Shown: positions 10,073 through 19,624 of the stretch, one piece after another
Layout of the letters: every line of letters begins with the position of its first letter
Position numbering within the stretch: position 1 is the first letter of the stretch
Origin: Candidatus Gastranaerophilales bacterium
GTDB taxonomy: Bacteria > Cyanobacteriota > Vampirovibrionia > Gastranaerophilales > Gastranaerophilaceae
DNA length: 64,000 bases
Assembly: GCA_944325005.1 (NCBI GenBank)
Contig: CALUYO010000003.1
Location: 120,615-184,614, forward strand
Direction: 5' to 3'
Notes under the pieces: generated by a model
Database searches by the model: none
The model's input: the letters and a program-made list of their open reading frames with translations, nothing else
Told to the model about the DNA's origin: nothing
Made by a program: the position numbers and the translations under genes

Positions 10073-10282
10073 ATGATATATAACAGAGTGTCAACAGTAA
10101 TTGGTGAAAGACGTATGAATATAGCCGAAGTCGCAAGACTAACCGGTCTAAAGTATAATACAATTTACTCAATTTATTACGACAAAACTAAAGGTATTGA
10201 GTTTGAAACGCTTGATAAACTCTGTTTTGCATTAGACTGTACCCCGAATGATCTGTTCAGGTATGTGCCTGATGAAAATTAA
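10073..10282 (+). CDS. Cro/C1-type HTH regulator (YozG-like)
   Basis: 'MNIAEVARLTGLKYNTI...IEFETLDKLCFALDCTPNDLF'. Confidence 0.88.
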   Translation: MIYNRVSTVIGERRMNIAEVARLTGLKYNTIYSIYYDKTKGIEFETLDKLCFALDCTPNDLFRYVPDEN

Positions 10283-10289
10283 AATACAC

Positions 10290-10318
10290 TTGAATTTTAT
10301 ATAAACATAAGTTATAAT
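10290..10318 (+). promoter_or_regulatory. Sigma70-type promoter of putative antisense RNA
   Basis: TTGAAT (10290-95)-N17-TATAAT (10313-18); no + strand ORF with an RBS follows. Confidence 0.7.
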
Positions 10319-10324
10319 ATAAAA

Positions 10325-10420
10325 TAAGGGCGGGACAAGTTCCAGCTTGCCCCTTTAAAAGCCCCTTTATAGTGATTTAAGAACTAGTAGTATTAAGAAC
10401 AATATTACTAGTTCTTTTTC
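10325..10420 (+). ncRNA. Putative cis-antisense antitoxin RNA (~95 nt)
   Basis: Follows the promoter above; ends in a 16-bp hairpin (10379-94/10401-16, G-U pair only in this orientation) plus TTTTT; complementary to most of the peptide ORF. Confidence 0.6.
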
Positions 10421-10438
10421 AGTTATACTGAATATCAC
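10367..10438 (-). CDS. Putative type I toxin, 23-aa hydrophobic peptide MIFSITEKELVILFLILLVLKSL
   Basis: Hand-translated GTG...TAA; SD GGAGGTGG 5 nt upstream; single hydrophobic stretch followed by Lys. Confidence 0.65.
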   Translation of the reverse strand: MIFSITEKELVILFLILLVLKSL

Positions 10439-10586
10439 TTTTACCACCTCCCTTCTTCTATCGGTTTTACAAATTTGTAGTTTGTGCCGCAGAAGTATGG
10501 ATATGATAATCAGGGCTTACCCTCAATCATATATTAACAGAATATGTAAAATCTTAATCATCTGTATAGTGGAAATATTATTAAAT

Positions 10587-10919
10587 TTAAGAGATATACT
10601 TTTGAGCTTCCTGTTTCAATTTTTCCTGCTTTGCCATTTTTTTCAGGAGTTTTTCTTCAGGAGTTTTTATCCTAAACAGATTTAAAAACCACACTTTTGC
10701 AAGCTTTAAACCTGTTTTTGAAAATAATGGCGCTTTAACCTTAGGGGCCGATACATATTTTGACAACTCAAAATTATCAACAGCAAGTTTTGCATGCTCT
10801 TTCATTGCAGTCTTAAAAACTTTATAGTCACCTGTTGCTGCAGAAAATACAATTTCAGCTTTTAGCTGAGCTATTCTTTTTGCAACCGGTGAAGTAATGT
10901 CAGGTGAAACCTTTATCAT
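10587..10919 (-). CDS. Basic hypothetical protein
   Basis: 110-aa Lys/Ala-rich ORF, SD GGAG. Confidence 0.7.
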   Translation of the reverse strand: MIKVSPDITSPVAKRIAQLKAEIVFSAATGDYKVFKTAMKEHAKLAVDNFELSKYVSAPKVKAPLFSKTGLKLAKVWFLNLFRIKTPEEKLLKKMAKQEKLKQEAQKYIS

Positions 10920-10937
10920 AATTACTCCTAGTTAGTA

Positions 10938-11513
10938 CTAAATCTCTTTTTTGAAAATTATAGTATTTATATTTGTATTATTCACATAACTTTCAATTTC
11001 TTTAACAAGCGTAAATTTATTTTTTTGATAGTAATCAAAATCACAGGTTGTATCAGTCCAGAGATAAATATTTTTTATATCTCGTTCTTTTGCAGTCTCA
11101 ATGAGTTTAGCAAGAAGCATTCTGCCTCCGCCTTTCTGTGTGCTTATAAACAGCCCCATCATCAAATCATCTTCATCCATCGCATTTTTAACTTCTCTAC
11201 CCGAATTTTCAACATAATCAAACAGATTGCGAGCAATTATTCTGTCATTATCTGACAGGTCTTTAATTTTTGTTTTAAAATTTTCAACACTGTTGTTTTT
11301 ATTAGTTTTTAATGAGGCAAAAACAAGCCCTTTAAGCCCGTTTTCATCAAGAGCAAAAGAAAATGTATTATTCAAATAATAGTATTCAAGCGTAAAATCA
11401 TAGATAAGTTTTTGAAGCTCGCAGCTTTCTTTTTCATACAAATCCCCCCAGACAAGATGAGAGATTTTAGAAGCTTCTTCAACATCTTTATCAGTAAAAT
11501 TTCTGACTATCAT
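10938..11513 (-). CDS. GNAT-family acetyltransferase-like protein
   Basis: 'IVRNFTDKD' start, 'QKGGGRMLLAKLIETAK', 'IYLWTDTTCDFDYYQKNKF'. Confidence 0.7.
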   Translation of the reverse strand: MIVRNFTDKDVEEASKISHLVWGDLYEKESCELQKLIYDFTLEYYYLNNTFSFALDENGLKGLVFASLKTNKNNSVENFKTKIKDLSDNDRIIARNLFDYVENSGREVKNAMDEDDLMMGLFISTQKGGGRMLLAKLIETAKERDIKNIYLWTDTTCDFDYYQKNKFTLVKEIESYVNNTNINTIIFKKEI

Positions 11514-12631
11514 ATGATAAACTTCCCGTTTTCATAGATAAGTTTGTCATCAGCATAAATTTTTCCGCCGGCATTGTCATCAGACGGCTTCATATTTTTA
11601 ATCATATCCCAGTGGACGCCTGAAACATTTTTTCCGCCGGTTTCCGGGTAAGATGCCCCGACTGCCATATGAATTGCTCCGCCGATTTTTTCATCAAAAA
11701 GAATATTACCTGTAATCTCCTGAATTTCGTCATTTGTACCGATTGCAATTTCGCCGATACCTTTTGAACCTTCATCAGTATTCAGCATTGCTTCAAGAAA
11801 ATCACGTCCGGTTTCTGCGTCAAATTTTACTATCTGTCCGTTTTCAATCCACAGATGAACTCCGGTTGCACAATTCCCGCGGTAGTTTTGCGGGAAATCA
11901 AAATATATTTCACCGTTAATCTCATCTTCAACCGGTGATGTGAAAACTTCACCGTCAGGATAGTTATTAAGACCTGAGCAGCTAATCCATTTTCTGCCCT
12001 CAACACCAAAAGTTATATCCGTTTTCTCGCCGACAATGCGTAATTTTTTCACACCATTTAAATAATCTACCCATTTTGTCTGCTTTTCATCAAGTTCTTT
12101 AAGTTTGGCAACAGGATCGTCTAAATTCAAATAGCAGGAATTAAACAAAAATTCAGAATATTCATCAAAAGACATTTTTGCTTCCTGTGCAAGCGCATGT
12201 GTCGGGACATCCGCTACAACCCATGAAGCCTCGCCTTTTGCCGAACGCTCCATTAAAAGTTTTGATAATCCTTGAGATGCTTTTGAACGTCTTGCAAGCT
12301 TTGATAAATCAGCACGTGCCATATTTTTGGTATTCATAGGAGCACCGATTGAAATGAATTTATCAACAGTTTCATATTCAAGTTTTACAATCGGATCAAT
12401 ATAATCAAGCTGTTCATCAGATGCATATTTTATAAAAATATCAGACATATCTTCAAACGAAGTTCTCAAAATCGGATGCGCTCCTTTTTGAATAACACGC
12501 TTATAAACAGCCTTAACAAGATCTTTTGCATAAATACTTGTTGCCCTGATTTGAACAAGGTCGCCTTTTTGAACATTTGTCGAATAATCAACAAGAACTT
12601 CTGCGTATTTTTCCCAGATTGTTTTTTGCAT
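11510..12631 (-). CDS. Aminopeptidase, M29 (AmpS/thermophilic metalloprotease) family
   Basis: 'NYPDGEVFTSP', 'IGEIAIGTN', 'LFDEKIGGAIHMAVG', 'SGVHWDMI'. Confidence 0.93.
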   Translation of the reverse strand: MQKTIWEKYAEVLVDYSTNVQKGDLVQIRATSIYAKDLVKAVYKRVIQKGAHPILRTSFEDMSDIFIKYASDEQLDYIDPIVKLEYETVDKFISIGAPMNTKNMARADLSKLARRSKASQGLSKLLMERSAKGEASWVVADVPTHALAQEAKMSFDEYSEFLFNSCYLNLDDPVAKLKELDEKQTKWVDYLNGVKKLRIVGEKTDITFGVEGRKWISCSGLNNYPDGEVFTSPVEDEINGEIYFDFPQNYRGNCATGVHLWIENGQIVKFDAETGRDFLEAMLNTDEGSKGIGEIAIGTNDEIQEITGNILFDEKIGGAIHMAVGASYPETGGKNVSGVHWDMIKNMKPSDDNAGGKIYADDKLIYENGKFII

Positions 12632-12702
12632 AGTTTCTCCTGTAAACAGATTTATTCATAATGGTGCATCAAGTAAAACGATGCGAGGGCAAGTATTTTT
12701 TG

Positions 12703-13506
12703 CTACGCTTCTAATGATTCATGTCCTGACTTATGGGTTTTTAAAAGAACTCCCCGCTTAGATGTCTGGATAAATTCAATCATTTTTTCAATATACTCAT
12801 TCATCGGAATTTCAGCTTTAATTTTTTCGATAGCCTGAGTTGTGTTATATTCTTCTGAAATCAAAAGTTTAAATGCTTCATTAGTAGCAGTTCTGATTTC
12901 CTGAGAAACACCGCGTCTTTTCATCGCAATAACATTCAAGCCACGCGGAACAGGAGGTCTGCCTTCGCCTTTTGAATACGGTAAAATATCCTGACGGGAA
13001 GCAGAGAAACCGCTTATAATTGCCATATCACCTATTCTTATATTCTGGTGGAATACGCTCATACCGCCGACAAACGCGCCGAATCCTACATGAACATGTC
13101 CGCCTAAAGTTACGAGATTTGCTAAGATTACCTCATCTGCAAGAACACAGTTATGAGCGACATGAGAGCCGACCATGAGCAGGCATTTTTTGCCTATTCT
13201 TGTTGTAAAATCTCCGCAGGCAGCACCTCTGTGAACAGTTACATTTTCTTTTATAATTGTTCCGTCACCGATAACAACTTTTGTAGGTTCACCCTTGTAG
13301 CCCAAATCCTGAGGTTCGGAGCCTATTGTTGCAAACGGAGAAATCGTACAGTCATCCCCGATTTCGGCAAATTCAATATGAGCATTTGAAATTACTCTTG
13401 TTCTGTGCCCTATTGTAACATTTTCACCTATAACAACATATGGTCCTATTATTGCGTCATCTGCAATTTTTGCGGATGGGTGGATAATCGCGGTTTTGTC
13501 TATCAT
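12703..13506 (-). CDS. lpxA: UDP-N-acetylglucosamine O-acyltransferase
   Basis: Hexapeptide repeats, 'PQDLGYKGEPT', 'ENVTVHRG', 'SHVAHNC', 'GLNVIAMKRRG'. Confidence 0.95.
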   Translation of the reverse strand: MIDKTAIIHPSAKIADDAIIGPYVVIGENVTIGHRTRVISNAHIEFAEIGDDCTISPFATIGSEPQDLGYKGEPTKVVIGDGTIIKENVTVHRGAACGDFTTRIGKKCLLMVGSHVAHNCVLADEVILANLVTLGGHVHVGFGAFVGGMSVFHQNIRIGDMAIISGFSASRQDILPYSKGEGRPPVPRGLNVIAMKRRGVSQEIRTATNEAFKLLISEEYNTTQAIEKIKAEIPMNEYIEKMIEFIQTSKRGVLLKTHKSGHESLEA

Positions 13507-13628
13507 CTTTTTTTGCCCTCTTTGTCGATTTTTGTGATACTTATTATTTTTTTGTCAGAGGCTTCGCCTTCTCTTTTACTATAAAACCAATTATAGTACA
13601 AATCCGCGTCAGTCACAATATTTTTATA

Positions 13629-15230
13629 TTATTTTAATATGAATTCCGGATGAACATCGCTTGCGAGTTCAAAAGCATCATCAAGAGCTTTATTTACTAT
13701 ATTTACAAGTTCTTCGCATCTGCTCTGAGCAGCATAAGCGGCTAATGAAATAAAATCCTGCTGTGCTTCTTCTGTGTATTGAATTTTGTAACTTTTACCA
13801 TCTTTTGCAATATTATTTTTAACTGTATATGTTGCAAGGTCTAACAGTTCATCAAAAGCTTTATTTTTCTTTTGAGGTCTATAATCTTTTAAAGCTCCGA
13901 CAATATTCAATACTGCAATCTGATATGTATCTGCCATTACATTATTTATACCTTTAATATCTGTATATTTTGTACATATTTCATTAGCAGTTTCGTCTAT
14001 TGAACTTTTATGTGTATAAGGATTGAATATAGTATCATTATTCAAAGTTCCGGGCTTCATTCCGGCTTTTTGTTCAATAAATTTTGTTAGCTGTGTCGGG
14101 GTTGACCTTAGCGTGAAAAATGTTTCATTTTCTTCTTTAATTTTTTTCCATGCATATTGCATATTTCTTGAAAAAGATTTACGGGCCCATTCATTTGTGC
14201 CCCAGAATTGTTTCATAGCCTTTGACTGCTCTTTTGACAATTCAACAGGATTTGATTCCGGATTAAAAGACTTAAACCCTTTAGACTTCATAAATTTGCT
14301 CAGTGCGGATTTAATTCTATCGGCGCCAAAAACATTCCATGCTTTTTTTAATACACGCGATATTTCCTCTGACTTTTCAGGGTTTTGGCGGTAGAACTCT
14401 TTCTGTCTTTCAGACATATCATAAATTCTTTCAGGATTTTCCTGATAATATTTTTTTAATCCCTCGGATATTTTTTGTTTATGCTCGGCCGATAGGGGAC
14501 CACGTTTAATATAAACAGGTTCGCCTTGTTCTGTTTGAGCCTTTCTATCTAAAGCTGCAAGACGTTTTTCTGTCATTTCCCGCGTAAGTCTTTCGTTATA
14601 ATCAGGGTCGGAAAATTTTAAAATATGACCGTAATCTCTGTTTACAGTAGGAATATTTAACTTCTTCATCGTATGATATAAATCAACGCCGTCAGCGTAT
14701 CTTTTCAAATCATTCAGAGAAAAGCCTTCGCCCCAGTATAGTTTAATTAACTGTACGGATAAATCTTCATCATTATCAAAAAATTCAAGTTCACCTTTTT
14801 GGAATTTATCAAGAAGTGAACCTTGAGTAGTTTTGACACTATCAGAAGTGATTACGTCTTTAAACTCCGGAAATTTTGATTTAATTTCTTCAAGACTAAA
14901 ACATTCTTTTAGATTTGAAAAATATTTTTTGTGAATTGAAATTAATGTATCTTTTGTTTTGTTGCCCTCTTCCAGAATCATTCCGGCCCATTCCCTGATG
15001 TGTGGAGGATAAACTGAAGAATTTTTCTGTGCAAGTTTATCAAGCTGTTTTATTGTCTGTCCCAAATCGAGGCTGTAACCGCCTGTAAATGACGCCATAT
15101 ACTGCATAGTTGTCGGTAGTTTTGATGAAGCCTGAATGGAATTGCTGTTATAGCCTGAATGTTTTAATTGTTTATTATTACTGTGTTTTTTTACATCTAA
15201 ATTGCAGGGGGTAATACTGTATATTTTCAT
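13629..15230 (-). CDS. Large hypothetical protein with NUMOD3-like basic helix
   Basis: 533-aa ORF; 'LSAEHKQKISEGLKKYY' resembles NUMOD3-type motifs. Confidence 0.75.
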   Translation of the reverse strand: MKIYSITPCNLDVKKHSNNKQLKHSGYNSNSIQASSKLPTTMQYMASFTGGYSLDLGQTIKQLDKLAQKNSSVYPPHIREWAGMILEEGNKTKDTLISIHKKYFSNLKECFSLEEIKSKFPEFKDVITSDSVKTTQGSLLDKFQKGELEFFDNDEDLSVQLIKLYWGEGFSLNDLKRYADGVDLYHTMKKLNIPTVNRDYGHILKFSDPDYNERLTREMTEKRLAALDRKAQTEQGEPVYIKRGPLSAEHKQKISEGLKKYYQENPERIYDMSERQKEFYRQNPEKSEEISRVLKKAWNVFGADRIKSALSKFMKSKGFKSFNPESNPVELSKEQSKAMKQFWGTNEWARKSFSRNMQYAWKKIKEENETFFTLRSTPTQLTKFIEQKAGMKPGTLNNDTIFNPYTHKSSIDETANEICTKYTDIKGINNVMADTYQIAVLNIVGALKDYRPQKKNKAFDELLDLATYTVKNNIAKDGKSYKIQYTEEAQQDFISLAAYAAQSRCEELVNIVNKALDDAFELASDVHPEFILK

Positions 15231-15319
15231 GTCTTTCTCCTATCCGAGTTTATAAAAATTGGAAAAAATTTTTTTTGCCCTATCTGACAAAAATTTTTTT
15301 GTCGGGTTTTAATTATAAT

Positions 15320-16105
15320 ATGAAAATTTCAAGTATTAAACCATATATTAATTTTGTATCTGTAGAAAATAATACAAAGCTCGGAGCTGAAACCCGTGCT
15401 ACTGATCCTAAAAAAGAAAAAAGAGAAAAAATTATTAAGTACTCTGTTGCGGCAGCAGCTGCGGCAGCCGTTATAATCGGCGGCCTTTATTATATAGGAC
15501 GCCGCGGCGGTAAAGTTGTTAAAAAAAATTCTATTACAGACGAAATACCTGCAAAACCTGATATAGCTTTGACGCCACAAAATAAATCTAAACCACAAAC
15601 GGAAGCACCGTCAATGGAGGTTGTAAAAGATGAACCACCTTTATCAAGTCCAGTTAATCAAACTGATAAGGTATCAGAAACAGAAAAACCTAAAACTAAA
15701 AGACGTGCAAGAAGGCGTATTAAAGAAACCTCCGAAGAAAAAATAAATCCGTCTGCAATCCCTGATGATAAAAAACCTTTTGTTCTTGACAAAAAATATT
15801 TTGATTTTTCAAAAATTGAAGGTGAACGTAAAGGAAATGTTGTGCGGCAAATGGAAAACGGATTGCTGAAACGTGAGTTTGCGGCTGATGACGGCAAAAA
15901 TTTGAGTTTCTATTCTGAATTTGATGAGCAGGGCAAGCGGGTTATGGATGTAGAATTCAGGGAAGATACTACAATTAAATCAATTAGAAAATATAAAAAT
16001 GGTGAATTTTCAAAAATGTCTTTTTATGAAAAAGATGGAGTAACGCTTGCTAAAAAATTTGATAGTGAAGAAGATGCTGACTTTTTTAATATGAGTTTTG
16101 AATAA
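15320..16105 (+). CDS. Hypothetical protein with N-terminal membrane anchor
   Basis: ATG 15320 'MKISSIKP'; hydrophobic 'YSVAAAAAAAVIIGGLYYIG' then a basic run; Pro-rich linker; MORN-like C-terminal region. Confidence 0.75.
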   Translation: MKISSIKPYINFVSVENNTKLGAETRATDPKKEKREKIIKYSVAAAAAAAVIIGGLYYIGRRGGKVVKKNSITDEIPAKPDIALTPQNKSKPQTEAPSMEVVKDEPPLSSPVNQTDKVSETEKPKTKRRARRRIKETSEEKINPSAIPDDKKPFVLDKKYFDFSKIEGERKGNVVRQMENGLLKREFAADDGKNLSFYSEFDEQGKRVMDVEFREDTTIKSIRKYKNGEFSKMSFYEKDGVTLAKKFDSEEDADFFNMSFE

Positions 16106-16106
16106 T

Positions 16107-16141
16107 AAAAAAAGACTTGAGATTTTCTCAAGTCTTTTTTT
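16107..16141. terminator. Bidirectional intrinsic terminator
   Basis: Inverted repeat AAAAAAAGACTTGAGA..TCTCAAGTCTTTTTTT. Confidence 0.85.
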
Positions 16142-16154
16142 AGTCCGGCTAATT

Positions 16155-16607
16155 TTATTTAAGTGCAAAAGTCATATCTGCTTCAACACAAATTTTACCA
16201 TCAACTTTTCCGATACCGTGAGCCTTGCATATAGGGCCTTTTACTTTTGTAAGTTCAATTTCCATATCAAACCTATCGCCTGGTCTTACGATATTTTTAA
16301 ATCTTACACCGTCTACTCCGGCGTAAAGTGTTAATTTACCGGCAAATTCAGGCATAGTCATTAAAACAGGAGCTGAACACTGAGCCATAGCTTCTAATTG
16401 TAATACACCGGGCATAATCGGGTTATTAGGAAAGTGTCCCTGAAAGAACTGTTCATTCATTGTCATGTTTTTGTAACCTTTAGCATATTTGCCGGGAACA
16501 CATTCTGTAATTCTGTCAACGAGCAAAAAAGGATAACGATGAGGAATCATTTCCATAATCTGCATAGTGTCAAATTGTAAAATTTCTTGTTTGGTTTCTT
16601 CTGTCAT
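16155..16607 (-). CDS. fabZ: 3-hydroxyacyl-ACP dehydratase
   Basis: 'IPHRYPFLLVDR', 'FFQGHFPNNPIMPGVLQLEAMAQ'. Confidence 0.96.
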   Translation of the reverse strand: MTEETKQEILQFDTMQIMEMIPHRYPFLLVDRITECVPGKYAKGYKNMTMNEQFFQGHFPNNPIMPGVLQLEAMAQCSAPVLMTMPEFAGKLTLYAGVDGVRFKNIVRPGDRFDMEIELTKVKGPICKAHGIGKVDGKICVEADMTFALK

Positions 16608-16619
16608 GTTTTTCTCTCC

Positions 16620-17438
16620 TTATTTACATTCAATTAATTTATCTTTTAACATTTTTGCAGTTTTAATATGAACTGCATGTCCTGCCTCTTTTACAAGGAT
16701 CTGGCATTTAAGATTTAAAGGATTTACCCCTGTTAAATATAAATCACCAATAAGATCAAGAATTTTGTGTTTTATTGGTTCATTATCAGAGCGGAGTTCA
16801 GATGTATAACCGCTTTCCTGAAGCCCGAGAGTATTTTCAATAGTTACCCCTTGTGCAAATCCGAGCATCTGAAATTTTCTTAAATCCTTATAAAAACCAA
16901 AAGTTCTTGCTTCTATAATTTCCTGACTATTTTTAGGATTATATGCAACCCACCGTCTTGTCAAATCAGGATGATCGTAATTTACCGCATATGATATGTA
17001 AAGCTCATCCGATGGCAAGATTACAAGGCTTGTTTTTCCGTTTAAATAATATACAGGTTCAGATACTGTATAGTGTTTTGGTTTTTCAAACAGATGTTTT
17101 TCAACTCCGGCTTTTTCAAAAAGCTCCACCCACTTTTTCGAACTTCCGTCAAGTGCAGGAACTTCTGCTTCATCCATGCATATATCTATACTGTCAATTC
17201 CGCAGAATGCAAGAGCTGCAGTCAAATGCTCGGTTAACATTACTTTTGTTTTATGATTGCCTAAAACAACACAATGATCAGTCGCAAGAACATTATCAAC
17301 GCAAGCCTCAAACGGTTCACTGCCTTTAATAAAATATCTTATTTTTCCGGTTTTTGACGGAAAAAAGTTTACTGTGCAAGGCTTATTTTTCATTAAACCA
17401 TTGCCGGATATTGATGTTTCCTTAAGAATTGTGGTCAT
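16620..17438 (-). CDS. lpxC: UDP-3-O-acyl-GlcNAc deacetylase
   Basis: 'TEHLTAAL', 'EVPALDGSS', 'ARTFG', '[10 protein letters not shown]', 'AGHAVH'. Confidence 0.93.
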   Translation of the reverse strand: MTTILKETSISGNGLMKNKPCTVNFFPSKTGKIRYFIKGSEPFEACVDNVLATDHCVVLGNHKTKVMLTEHLTAALAFCGIDSIDICMDEAEVPALDGSSKKWVELFEKAGVEKHLFEKPKHYTVSEPVYYLNGKTSLVILPSDELYISYAVNYDHPDLTRRWVAYNPKNSQEIIEARTFGFYKDLRKFQMLGFAQGVTIENTLGLQESGYTSELRSDNEPIKHKILDLIGDLYLTGVNPLNLKCQILVKEAGHAVHIKTAKMLKDKLIECK

Positions 17439-18525
17439 TATTTATGTTATCCTCAAATTCTTTTAACAATGGTTCATACTTTCTGAATTTTGCAAAAATT
17501 TCCTGTGCATCTTTCATAGTTTTTAATTGTTTAATGAAATCTTTTCTCGGCATTGCAGGAATACCGACTACAATTGATTTTTCAGGGAATGATTTTGTAA
17601 CACCTGCTTTTGCAGTGATAATTGTATCAGATCCGATTTCGATATGATCGGCAAGGCCTGCCTGACCTGCAATAACTACTCTATCACCAATTACGCAGCT
17701 TCCGGCAATTCCTACCTGTGATACAATCAGGCAGCCTTCGCCGATTTTACAGTTATGGCCAATCATAACAAGGTCATCAATTTTGGTATTATCGCCGATA
17801 GTTGTATTTTCAATTGTACCTCTGTCAATAGTCGTATTTGCCCCGATTTCAACGTTATTGCCTATTACTACTGCACCTATTGAAGGAATTTTAAAGATAA
17901 CCTGTTTTTTATTTGCTTCTTTAATTTCTCCATCTTTTCTTGCCTGTTCAATATTATCAGGATTTTCCGTTACAAAGCTGAAGCCGTCAGCTCCCAGAGA
18001 AACACCATGGTGTAATATAACATCATCTCCGATTTGTACCCTGTCGCCAACATTTACACCTGCATGGAAGAAACAATTTTTCCCGATTTTGACACCTCCG
18101 CCAATATAGGAATTTGCGGCAATTTTTGTGTTATCACCAATAACCGCATTGTGAGAAACAACAACGTTCGGTCCAATTTCAACATTCTGGCCTAATTTTG
18201 CTGTTTCATGTATAGTTGCTGTCGGGTGGACTCCTTTATATACTTCCGGTGCAGCATAAAAAAGGTTCAATAATTTCATCATAGCAAGTCTTGGTCTTTC
18301 AACTTCAATAGTTGTAAGACCGTCTATTTGAACCCCAAGCGGAACAAGTGCTGCTTTAGCCTTTGATTTTGAAAGATTTGCAATTTCTTCTTCTCCCAAT
18401 GCAAGGGCAAGCGTGTTTTCATCAGACAGTAATGGCGGTGCAATATGTGTAATTTTTACATCTTCTGCTCTGGTCAGCATACCGCCGGTAATTTGTGTGA
18501 TTTCTTCCAATGTAAAGCTTTTCAT
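17422..18525 (-). CDS. lpxD: UDP-3-O-(3-hydroxyacyl)glucosamine N-acyltransferase
   Basis: Hexapeptide repeats, 'GADGFSF', '[11 protein letters not shown]', '[11 protein letters not shown]', 'GQAGLADH'. Confidence 0.95.
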   Translation of the reverse strand: MKSFTLEEITQITGGMLTRAEDVKITHIAPPLLSDENTLALALGEEEIANLSKSKAKAALVPLGVQIDGLTTIEVERPRLAMMKLLNLFYAAPEVYKGVHPTATIHETAKLGQNVEIGPNVVVSHNAVIGDNTKIAANSYIGGGVKIGKNCFFHAGVNVGDRVQIGDDVILHHGVSLGADGFSFVTENPDNIEQARKDGEIKEANKKQVIFKIPSIGAVVIGNNVEIGANTTIDRGTIENTTIGDNTKIDDLVMIGHNCKIGEGCLIVSQVGIAGSCVIGDRVVIAGQAGLADHIEIGSDTIITAKAGVTKSFPEKSIVVGIPAMPRKDFIKQLKTMKDAQEIFAKFRKYEPLLKEFEDNINNDHNS

Positions 18526-18875
18526 TTATTTTCTCCTTTTTTATTCTTTATTTTATCTTTATCATGAAGTTTTGCAGAATCATTCCAGATTTTTAAAATT
18601 TCAGAATGTAAATCTGTCCAATGGGGATTATCTGATTTTATTAACCGGATCAAATCTTCCCGCGGCAATTGTTCCAATTCGTTTTTTCTTATAACAGCTT
18701 CTGAGAACTCCTCATGTTTTTCATAATAGGCAAGTTTATCAGTATTGAATTCTTCTTTACTTATTTCATCAATATGATTTTTTATTTCATGCATGTGCAT
18801 TAATAAATTGGAAGTGGTTCCTATTATTAAAGTTTTTTCAGGTTCATCAAAGAGTATGTAAACATATTCACTCAT
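18522..18875 (-). CDS. Degenerate GIY-YIG nuclease-family protein
   Basis: 'YVYIL...IIGTTSNL', 'KLAYYEKH', '[15 protein letters not shown]' follow the small GIY-YIG (YhbQ-like) pattern. Confidence 0.7.
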   Translation of the reverse strand: MSEYVYILFDEPEKTLIIGTTSNLLMHMHEIKNHIDEISKEEFNTDKLAYYEKHEEFSEAVIRKNELEQLPREDLIRLIKSDNPHWTDLHSEILKIWNDSAKLHDKDKIKNKKGENK

Positions 18876-18882
18876 TGAACGT

Positions 18883-19347
18883 TTACACCTCCTTCATTTT
18901 TTTGATTGTGTTTGTTGTTGATTTACCTTCAACAAATTTGATAAATTCAACCCTTGTTCCATTTTTTTTCATAATATCTGCTTCCGGAAGAGTTTCCATG
19001 GTATAGTCTGCGCCTTTTGTATAGACATCAGGCTTCATTTCATCCAAGAGATCACGAGGACTGTCTTCATCAAATAATACCACATAATCTACACATCTCA
19101 AAGCGCTTAATATTTCTGCACGATCATTTTCATTATTAATAGGACGGGATGGACCTTTGATGTTTTTTACTGATTTATCTGAATTTAAAAGTACTATCAA
19201 AAAATCACCGAATGTTTTTGTTTTCTCAAGATATCTGACATGTCCCACATGTAGAATATCAAAGCATCCGTTAGTTGTAACAACAGTTTTGCCTGCGTGA
19301 TGGATAGTATCAATTAATGCTCTTAAATCTTCTCTTTTTACTAACAT
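18883..19347 (-). CDS. Heptose 1-phosphate adenylyltransferase (RfaE domain II)
   Basis: 'TNGCFDILHVGHVRYL', 'NSDKSVKNIKGPSRPIN', 'KGADY', 'STTNTI'. Confidence 0.92.
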   Translation of the reverse strand: MLVKREDLRALIDTIHHAGKTVVTTNGCFDILHVGHVRYLEKTKTFGDFLIVLLNSDKSVKNIKGPSRPINNENDRAEILSALRCVDYVVLFDEDSPRDLLDEMKPDVYTKGADYTMETLPEADIMKKNGTRVEFIKFVEGKSTTNTIKKMKEV

Positions 19348-19437
19348 ATCCCTGTTTCCTTAAAATTAATTGTACCAAAAACAGGTTAGAAAGTCGTCAG
19401 GTTTAACAAAAAGTAATATTAAATCTTTATCACAATT

Positions 19438-19462
19438 TAAAAGCCCCTGTTTATCGAGGGCT
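19438..19462 (-). terminator. Terminator of peptide A gene
   Basis: Minus strand AGCCCT-loop-GGGGCT followed by TTTT. Confidence 0.65.
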
Positions 19463-19474
19463 GTATTTAAATTT

Positions 19475-19624
19475 TTAAGCTATCTGGCAGGTTTGCTGGA
19501 GCATTTCAAATGTTGTACGCGGCATTTCAAAATCATGTGGGTTTACTTTAACCCCATTCAATTCTGCGGTTTCTAGTTTTATGTCCTTCTCCGGCATCTG
19601 GACATTATTTTGCTTCTTATCCAT
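19475..19624 (-). CDS. Unannotated 49-aa peptide A, MDKKQNNVQMPEKDIKLETAELNGVKVNPHDFEMPRTTFEMLQQTCQIA
   Basis: Hand translation; SD GAAAGG; TATAAT at 19699-19694; own terminator; C-terminus matches peptide B. Confidence 0.75.
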   Translation of the reverse strand: MDKKQNNVQMPEKDIKLETAELNGVKVNPHDFEMPRTTFEMLQQTCQIA

